DNA of 64,000 nt from positions 128,001 through 192,000 of the IMG/VR virus record IMGVR_UViG_3300028171_000090; one strand, given 5' to 3'. The first letter of the stretch is position 1. Every line of letters starts with the position of its first letter. The stretch comes from a virus. Taxonomy: Duplodnaviria; Caudoviricetes. Positions 57,403-64,000 of this stretch are shown in pieces. The notes under the pieces are model-generated. The model worked only from the letters and a program-made list of their open reading frames with translations. It made no database searches and had not been told where the DNA came from. The translations under genes were made by a program, and so were the position numbers.

Positions 57403-57711
57403 TTACACCTCTTCTCCCCCATGTCTTTGACGAAACCCTTCCCAGAACTCAATCATATCAATATCAGTAAACGATTTATTGATATTGAATAAAGGTTGAA
57501 ATGCTTCCTTTATTCGCTTATCTTCCTTTCGGACTTCTCGCTTCTTTCTTGATGCTCTCATTCTAGCTTCCATGTAACCTCTAGACATTGGACGTGTTAA
57601 CATGTGTATGCTCGGATTTTGTCCGTCAGGATATTCCATAATACATACTCTTTGTACATCGTCCCCTTGTAACATATTATCACCTAGTTTTGCAAGTTTG
57701 TGTGTAGACAT
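57403..57711 (-). CDS. small early hypothetical protein
   Basis: GGAGG SD. Confidence 0.7.
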   Translation of the reverse strand: MSTHKLAKLGDNMLQGDDVQRVCIMEYPDGQNPSIHMLTRPMSRGYMEARMRASRKKREVRKEDKRIKEAFQPLFNINKSFTDIDMIEFWEGFRQRHGGEEV

Positions 57712-57744
57712 TGATGTCCCTCCATAGTAATAGTTTTTAGTCTA

Positions 57745-57762
57745 TCATAGAGATAATATGTA
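57745..57762 (-). promoter_or_regulatory. early promoter-like motif
   Basis: TACATATTAT CTCTA TGA. Confidence 0.55.
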
Positions 57763-57862
57763 TTTTAAATAACTGCTATTACGATAAGTATTATATAGTA
57801 GGTCTGACAGAATGTATAGCCCGAACAGCTTTGTAATAACACGTATAGAGAGGAGGATATCT

Positions 57863-58759
57863 ATGGCATGGAGTGAAGAAGCTATAAGAGATAGACATAA
57901 TATAACAGCTAACTCTTATTTAAGTAATATTAATAACTTAAACCGATTTAAACTCCGCTATCCTGACTTTGAGTTAGAGAATACGCAAGGTCATGTATTC
58001 TTTACAAGACCTGACCTAAATATCTTTGAAGAAGGTCCAGGGACAATTAGTAAGCAGATTATCAATCGATATGAATTCGTAGACCGTTTAGAATTCGATA
58101 TCGAACTATTTAAATTCCTGAAAAATGGACAAGGTGGTTCATTCATTAATCCTATCTCCAACTATGTAGAGAACTTTGATTTATCGGACGAGATAATTAA
58201 AACTCGTGAAGAATCAGAAACTACGAATGATTGGAAAATCATGTACGGAGGTAGACAGAATGAATCGTTAGCAGCCAATACCATTACGTTAAACTATCGT
58301 GATGATCGTAACTTGACAATCTATAAGTTACATTATATTTGGCTTGAGTATATACATTTAATTTCATTAGGTATCATAAAACCGATGCCTCACAACCGTA
58401 TTAAGAAAATACTGGATTATGCCGCTTCTGTATACTTCTTCCTAACAGCGGAAGATGGAGAGACGATTATCTTCTACTCTAAGTATACTGGTGTATTCCC
58501 AATGAATAAACCTTCTAGCGCTTTATCATGGGCAAAAGGTAGTCACCGTCCACCTAACTATTCGATACAATATCAGTATTCGTTTAAGAAGGATATGGAC
58601 CCATTAGCTATCAAGGACTTTAATAACATATCAGGTTATGTAAAAGGTTCTGGTTACACACCAGTCTATGACAAGTCACTAGGTTTAATGGCAAAGACTT
58701 GGGCATCGAATGCCTTTGTTGAAAAAGTAGGACGTGGATACAAATTACGATATGTATAA
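57863..58759 (+). CDS. tail tube-like/baseplate protein (gp19/gp54-like)
   Basis: Start moved to ATG 57863 (SD GAGGAGG); TLNYRDD...IW...I pattern; upstream of wedge gene. Confidence 0.45.
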   Translation: MAWSEEAIRDRHNITANSYLSNINNLNRFKLRYPDFELENTQGHVFFTRPDLNIFEEGPGTISKQIINRYEFVDRLEFDIELFKFLKNGQGGSFINPISNYVENFDLSDEIIKTREESETTNDWKIMYGGRQNESLAANTITLNYRDDRNLTIYKLHYIWLEYIHLISLGIIKPMPHNRIKKILDYAASVYFFLTAEDGETIIFYSKYTGVFPMNKPSSALSWAKGSHRPPNYSIQYQYSFKKDMDPLAIKDFNNISGYVKGSGYTPVYDKSLGLMAKTWASNAFVEKVGRGYKLRYV

Positions 58760-58773
58760 GAGAGGTGCTATAA

Positions 58774-61506
58774 ATGGCAGGAACTACAAGTAAAACCATT
58801 GACCGTACGACCAAGTATAAGTTAATGGACTACTGGTTAAATACCATGTCACCACAGTACTTTGACCAACAAGCCTTATCGTTATCTAATGTAGGTATGT
58901 TTGGTTATATGAATGCTGTCATGAGTGATAACTTCGAAGCTATGACAAATGAAACATCTGTACTATATAATGAAATATTCCCTAAGAAAGCTCAGTTACC
59001 TGAATCTATCTTAGGCTATGCCGCACAGTATGGATTAGAAGAAATTAATGCAACACCGGCTGTAATGGAATTTGCGATTGCTATCCGTGAAGATATCATG
59101 TTAGAGAACTTGATACAACAGGATGGAGATGCTTTCTTTATCATCGATAAAGATAGTGAAATCTATGTCGAAGACATTCCTTATATGCTGGACTATGATG
59201 TAAAGATTAACGTTAAGTATCGTGATGGGAAACCTATCTATTCAGCCCTATATACATTAGGAGAACGAGATAAACCTGAAACGATTATCTTAAATCCACT
59301 GAGTGAGATTACCGATAAAACAAATCCATACTTACGTATTACATCGATGAAAGGTGAAGACGACCAAACTTATGTGTACGTATTCGTACGAGTAAGACAG
59401 GTTGCAAAAACATTAATCTCTAAGACTATCTTTAATGATGACTTTATTGATTACTATACATTTGACTTTGATTACAATGGAATGCTTGCTGACTTCTATG
59501 TATTATATAAAGAGCCAAATGGTACAAAGTATATTCAGCTAGAAAAACGAATCGTTGATTCAGCTCCAGCAGAGAAACCATTCTGTTGGTATCAATACCG
59601 AGATGACGATACGATTACAATATCCTTCTCGACAATGATTCGACATTTCCGTCCAGCGTTTAACTCTGAATTAGTCTTTGTTGTATTTACAACAAATGGA
59701 GAACGTGGTAACTTCACATACACTGGTAACAATATTCGTATTGTACCAAAGTCTGAAATCTATGATTACCGTCGTGTAATTATGTTACCATACAAACTAA
59801 CAGAGAGTGAAGGCGGAAAAGATAACTTAACATTCCCACAGATTAAGCAACAAACATCTTTACTTGCTACAACGGGATACAATATCGCTACAGCGATTGA
59901 CTTAAATAATTACTTCACTAGTATTGAGAAAGGTGCTTCTCGATTCTTATTCTTAAAGAAACGTGATGATATCCTAGACCGATTATTCTCAGCATTCGTT
60001 CTATTCCGTGATAGAAATAAAAATATCATGCCAACGAATACAATGAACCTGAAGATATCAGAAAATCAATATGATTTATATGAAGAGAGTACAAAACGTT
60101 ATACCTTACGAGCTGGTAATACTTTCGTATACGATGGTGCGAATCGTCAGTTACGATTAGAGAAAGACCCAGCTAAGTTAAAGAATGAACGTTTCGTTTA
60201 TAAGAATCCATTTACGATTGTAATGAATAAAGTTCCGTATTCTGTTACCTACTATTTAAATAGTATGGATAAGACATACCTAACGGACTTTAAGTATATC
60301 AATGAATCAGCGATGTACAACTTCATTACCAATAACATCCGTATTCAACGTGATGCAATTAATGGAGAGAATAAATATAAGATTACATTTAAGATGAAAC
60401 CAAACTCAACGGTTGATCCAAACTTTATTGCGAAGTTTGATAACCCTGATGTGAATAAGTTCTTAGAAGCAACAGGGAATCTCGTTGTAAAAGGAATCTT
60501 TATGGATGATAAAGAAGAGATTCAATATCACATGGATTTCAAAATGGTTGATTATAGTCGTACACAGAATGAAGCATCATTTGAAGGCTACATTGAAACA
60601 GATGACTACATTTCAGCAGTTAACTATATGCGTACGATTAACTCTGTAAGTAAAGCATGGGAAACACCAAAGCAATCGAAGATTCTAATTGAAGCATCTA
60701 AGATTAACTTTGGTCTTGTGGTATATTGTAAAGAGGATGATCCGAAATACTATAAAGGGGTTGACCAAATCCCTGGTATGGAAACTTTCTCTGTTACAAA
60801 TATGTATCGCGTACCACAGCAAATTGACATTATCAATAACATGTCAGACATCATGCGTTCTCATTTAGAAGTAGTACCTATCCCACCAGTGGACCCAGCA
60901 GACCCAATGAAAAATGGATTCTATTATATCATCAAAGAGGTTCCATTCGTGAGGGCGGACTACATCTCTATTAAGGAGTATACATTCGATTTCGTGAACC
61001 AAGCGCTCGATGTATCGTACCTATTGCGTCGTGAAACACGTAGGTTAACGAATAACTTCTCGATAGACTATAAGCTTTATAACACATTCGGTAAATCTTA
61101 TTACTTCTACATTAAGAATAACCCTGAATTGAAATTGGATCGAGTTAATATTGATTTCTATATCTGGGTGAAACTAAATCCAAATAAAATGCAGGATGAG
61201 ATTCTGAAAAATAATGTGAAGAATTATATTAAGGAATATATCGAATCTATCAATGATACGGAGAACTTCCACGTATCGAACTTACTACGTAAGTTAGAGA
61301 ATGATTTCAAAGATGTGCTATACACTGAGTTCCAGCATATCAATGAATATGCTCCAGATGTACAGACTATCGAGAAACAGTTCCCATTAAACTCTGTAGA
61401 TTATCCAGAGTTAGTCCGTAACTTCGTACCGGAATATCTATGTATTGATAAAACATATCATAACAGTGTACAAGTTACCGACAAAGTCATCATCAAATAC
61501 ATTTAA
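58774..61506 (+). CDS. baseplate wedge subunit (gp6-like)
   Basis: 910 aa; ESILGYA early and ATAIDLNNYF mid-protein resemble gp6-type wedges. Confidence 0.55.
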   Translation: MAGTTSKTIDRTTKYKLMDYWLNTMSPQYFDQQALSLSNVGMFGYMNAVMSDNFEAMTNETSVLYNEIFPKKAQLPESILGYAAQYGLEEINATPAVMEFAIAIREDIMLENLIQQDGDAFFIIDKDSEIYVEDIPYMLDYDVKINVKYRDGKPIYSALYTLGERDKPETIILNPLSEITDKTNPYLRITSMKGEDDQTYVYVFVRVRQVAKTLISKTIFNDDFIDYYTFDFDYNGMLADFYVLYKEPNGTKYIQLEKRIVDSAPAEKPFCWYQYRDDDTITISFSTMIRHFRPAFNSELVFVVFTTNGERGNFTYTGNNIRIVPKSEIYDYRRVIMLPYKLTESEGGKDNLTFPQIKQQTSLLATTGYNIATAIDLNNYFTSIEKGASRFLFLKKRDDILDRLFSAFVLFRDRNKNIMPTNTMNLKISENQYDLYEESTKRYTLRAGNTFVYDGANRQLRLEKDPAKLKNERFVYKNPFTIVMNKVPYSVTYYLNSMDKTYLTDFKYINESAMYNFITNNIRIQRDAINGENKYKITFKMKPNSTVDPNFIAKFDNPDVNKFLEATGNLVVKGIFMDDKEEIQYHMDFKMVDYSRTQNEASFEGYIETDDYISAVNYMRTINSVSKAWETPKQSKILIEASKINFGLVVYCKEDDPKYYKGVDQIPGMETFSVTNMYRVPQQIDIINNMSDIMRSHLEVVPIPPVDPADPMKNGFYYIIKEVPFVRADYISIKEYTFDFVNQALDVSYLLRRETRRLTNNFSIDYKLYNTFGKSYYFYIKNNPELKLDRVNIDFYIWVKLNPNKMQDEILKNNVKNYIKEYIESINDTENFHVSNLLRKLENDFKDVLYTEFQHINEYAPDVQTIEKQFPLNSVDYPELVRNFVPEYLCIDKTYHNSVQVTDKVIIKYI

Positions 61507-61516
61507 CAACATACTA
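61505..61516 (+). promoter_or_regulatory. late promoter AACA-N6-TA
   Basis: AACA ACATAC TA. Confidence 0.6.
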
Positions 61517-61535
61517 AAATAGTATAGGAGGGGTT

Positions 61536-62501
61536 ATGATGATTAAATCAGAACAACCTAAGTTCAAAACGTTTAGCCGTAATTACAAAGGTAATGCCCA
61601 CCAAGCAGGTATGGGATTACAGAAAGAAATGGAGTTAAACGAATCAACGCGTATTGACAACGAATTACAAGATCGTCAAAGCTCAATGAAGAACTTTGTT
61701 TCACCGGGTGCAAGACGTGAGCAAGAAGCTCGTCTAACAGAAGCATACCATAAGTCTTTATCTCAAGTCTTATTAGAGTCTGCTGTTGCGGATATCTACA
61801 TTCAAGCCTTACCAATTGACGAGCATGTTAAAATCGAGAAGCGTCCACAGTTATTACAATATGTGAGTGAGAGCTTCCAACAAGAGTTTGGTGCAGATGC
61901 TACAAAGACAATGAAGAAGTTCGGTGAGAAATCTGAATTCCTACACATTCTTTGTGAAGCTGTAAAAGAAAAGGTAAGCCAAAAAGTAAAAGAGCAACGT
62001 CAAGCACAAACACTTGAGAATCGTATTGAATCTATTACAGATTGCGATAACAGTGTGAAGATTGATGTTGAATCTAAACTAGGTGTACAAGAAGTAACAA
62101 ATGTTATCAAAGACAAAGTTACAAAAGTAGTAGCCGATGAAATCAAAGCACAAGAAGAACAGCAGCAACTGGTTCAAGATATTGCTGGTGCAAAATCTCT
62201 TAATGAGAGCGCTCGTTTAATTCCGAAAGCTCCTGTAGAAGAGTTCACGATGTTCAAGAGTATGATGATTCATAATCATAAGGAAAGCTTATCTGAAGCA
62301 ATGCAAGCAGAGGGTGGAACTGATTATGTGAATCTGAATGAATCTGGCGCTTACAGTGTAGACATGGAAATGATTCTTGCTGAATCTATCATGCAATACA
62401 CAATGATGGAAACATTCTATACATTACGTATGTCTGATTACTCTCGTACTGAATTACAAGAAAAAGCACGTAAGTTAGCTTACGGTAAAAAAATTGGATA
62501 A
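61536..62501 (+). CDS. heavily processed head/core protein candidate
   Basis: At least 8 LxE/(S,A) sites; own late promoter; terminator 62508-62532. Confidence 0.55.
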   Translation: MMIKSEQPKFKTFSRNYKGNAHQAGMGLQKEMELNESTRIDNELQDRQSSMKNFVSPGARREQEARLTEAYHKSLSQVLLESAVADIYIQALPIDEHVKIEKRPQLLQYVSESFQQEFGADATKTMKKFGEKSEFLHILCEAVKEKVSQKVKEQRQAQTLENRIESITDCDNSVKIDVESKLGVQEVTNVIKDKVTKVVADEIKAQEEQQQLVQDIAGAKSLNESARLIPKAPVEEFTMFKSMMIHNHKESLSEAMQAEGGTDYVNLNESGAYSVDMEMILAESIMQYTMMETFYTLRMSDYSRTELQEKARKLAYGKKIG

Positions 62502-62540
62502 AAAGTCCCGATAGGTCTCTATGACCTATCGGAATTCTTT

Positions 62541-62948
62541 TTATAGATAGATAGCAAACATGCCATCCTCTTCGTATTTTACTTCTAATAATCGTTTCAA
62601 TTCATCACGGTCATCTGTAAATGTACCGTCTGTAATTAGATGATCATTAATAAAAGTATATGTAGCCTCATTAATTAATGAGACGATTGTCTCAGGTTCT
62701 TTCTCGAACTTTTGACGACCTTTCTTTGATAAGGAAATGAATATGTAGTTCTGACCAGCTTTAAATAGCTTCATGAACTTTCCGTCTGTATAACAAGACT
62801 TACATACCATTTCTAATTGCTTTTTATCGACACTGTAGTGTCGGTGGTAAGTGCCACGAATCTTTTGTCGATTCGTGCGTTTTCTCCCCATAATGTTAAA
62901 ATCTGATTGACCTAATAATCCCATATCAAGTTGTACTGCCTTCGGCAT
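62541..62948 (-). CDS. hypothetical protein
   Basis: 135 aa, GAGGGG SD. Confidence 0.7.
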   Translation of the reverse strand: MPKAVQLDMGLLGQSDFNIMGRKRTNRQKIRGTYHRHYSVDKKQLEMVCKSCYTDGKFMKLFKAGQNYIFISLSKKGRQKFEKEPETIVSLINEATYTFINDHLITDGTFTDDRDELKRLLEVKYEEDGMFAIYL

Positions 62949-62962
62949 TGTAATTCCCCTCT

Positions 62963-63643
62963 CTAGTTTTCATGATATTCTCTTATTAGCCCATTGTCTT
63001 TCATCTCTTTAAATGTTTTACTTTTTAGAATCGCCTTTTTATTAAATTCACTATCGAATGTTTTATCATATTGTACGATAATCTCCATTCGAGGTTTTGT
63101 AGAGTAATACTTCTCTACCGTTGCTTTCACTACGATAGCATCATCAATCCAGATACTACCATTCATAATGTCTGTTGTTTTACCTAAGTTATCCCAGTCA
63201 GGTTTCTTTAATGGAAGTATCTTTTCAGCTTCTGCTAATATCTTCTCATTCTTTGTCATACCTGACGAAGGCATTGGTAAATAGTATTTACACTTTAATC
63301 TACATGCAGTATAGATAATATCTACTGAACCAAAATTCTCAATAAGATATTTCCGAAAGAATTTATTCATTGCGTCCGCATTTGGTACGTATGTATGAAT
63401 ATGGTTTCCCATCCGTCTATATCTAGGACGTGACGCACCTTTCGGAACGGTATATAAAACAAACTTTAGTTTGTGTCGCTTTATCTTATTAATATGGACA
63501 ACGTCCATCATTAAATCGCGTAGTTTGGTTTCAGTAATATTATTCATCATAGTCATGATGCGTTCATAAAAGTCGTTTGATACGACTTCGTATTTTTCAT
63601 ATTCTTGTTCTATACTCACTCTTTTAACTTTTTTCTTCCCCAT
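62963..63643 (-). CDS. rusA: RusA-like Holliday junction resolvase
   Basis: PKGASRPR, KPDWDNLGK, WIDDAIVV. Confidence 0.85.
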   Translation of the reverse strand: MGKKKVKRVSIEQEYEKYEVVSNDFYERIMTMMNNITETKLRDLMMDVVHINKIKRHKLKFVLYTVPKGASRPRYRRMGNHIHTYVPNADAMNKFFRKYLIENFGSVDIIYTACRLKCKYYLPMPSSGMTKNEKILAEAEKILPLKKPDWDNLGKTTDIMNGSIWIDDAIVVKATVEKYYSTKPRMEIIVQYDKTFDSEFNKKAILKSKTFKEMKDNGLIREYHEN

Positions 63644-63681
63644 GATATTCTCCTTTTTATAAAATATATCAGTAGGTACAC

Positions 63682-63693
63682 TATTACAGTGTT
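63682..63693 (-). promoter_or_regulatory. late promoter AACA-N6-TA inside a hairpin
   Basis: AACA CTGTAA TA within stem-loop 63667-63705. Confidence 0.5.
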
Positions 63694-63710
63694 ATCCTAC
63701 TGATAGAAAG

Positions 63711-64000
63711 TTAACGTAAATAAGAGCGTAGCTTATTACCTACAGACTCTAACATTTTACTTGCAACGTCACCTGGAATATCAGTTACTTTGTTTTGTAA
63801 CCATGCTTGATACATCGTTAACTTACGTCCGATATCCGGTTTGTTTATATTGATACCACAAGTTGTACCGATGAAGTCCAAGTATTCAGTGTTTGACATA
63901 GCTGATACATCGGTAGCTCTAGCAATACTTAGATTTTCATATAAGTCTTTTAAGCTGATAGATACATCTATCTCTGTCGGTAATCCTTCTGAACTCCATC
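63711..64000 (-). CDS. C-terminal part of a tail/baseplate-type protein, partial
   Basis: Frame open to right edge: WSSEGLPTEIDVSISLKDLY... Confidence 0.6.
   Translation of the reverse strand, partial: WSSEGLPTEIDVSISLKDLYENLSIARATDVSAMSNTEYLDFIGTTCGININKPDIGRKLTMYQAWLQNKVTDIPGDVASKMLESVGNKLRSYLR

Noticed and set aside
1-64000. CRISPR array, IS element, inteins in terminase/polymerase/helicase/primase
   Set aside because: No regularly spaced direct repeats, transposase motifs or intein-sized insertions found

Overview
A 64 kb AT-rich segment of a jumbo myophage genome. Gene content and order point to the phiKZ-related AR9/PBS1-like group; strong AGGAGG ribosome-binding sites suggest a Bacillota host (inference). 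It holds head genes (terminase, major capsid, prohead protease, internal head paralogs), two split RNA polymerase beta' halves, a split family-B DNA polymerase, SF2 helicase, primase, GroEL-like chaperonin, baseplate genes and RusA. Two phage promoter classes are readable directly: 16 copies of AACA-N6-TR and 10 copies of a TAYATTAT-N5-TGA-like motif. Best leads: (1) an ~850-nt ORF-free, hairpin-rich unit at 33863-34708 with its own promoter, flanking terminators and six CGGAG motifs, a candidate large ncRNA or CsrA-type sponge; (2) eight divergent discoidin-like paralogs inserted among head genes; (3) a shared N-terminal MILSxLLxE peptide on internal head paralogs, resembling a capsid-targeting signal within a window-wide L-x-E protease code. 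No tRNA, CRISPR array, intron or intein was seen. All assignments come from motif reading and recall; no database search was run.
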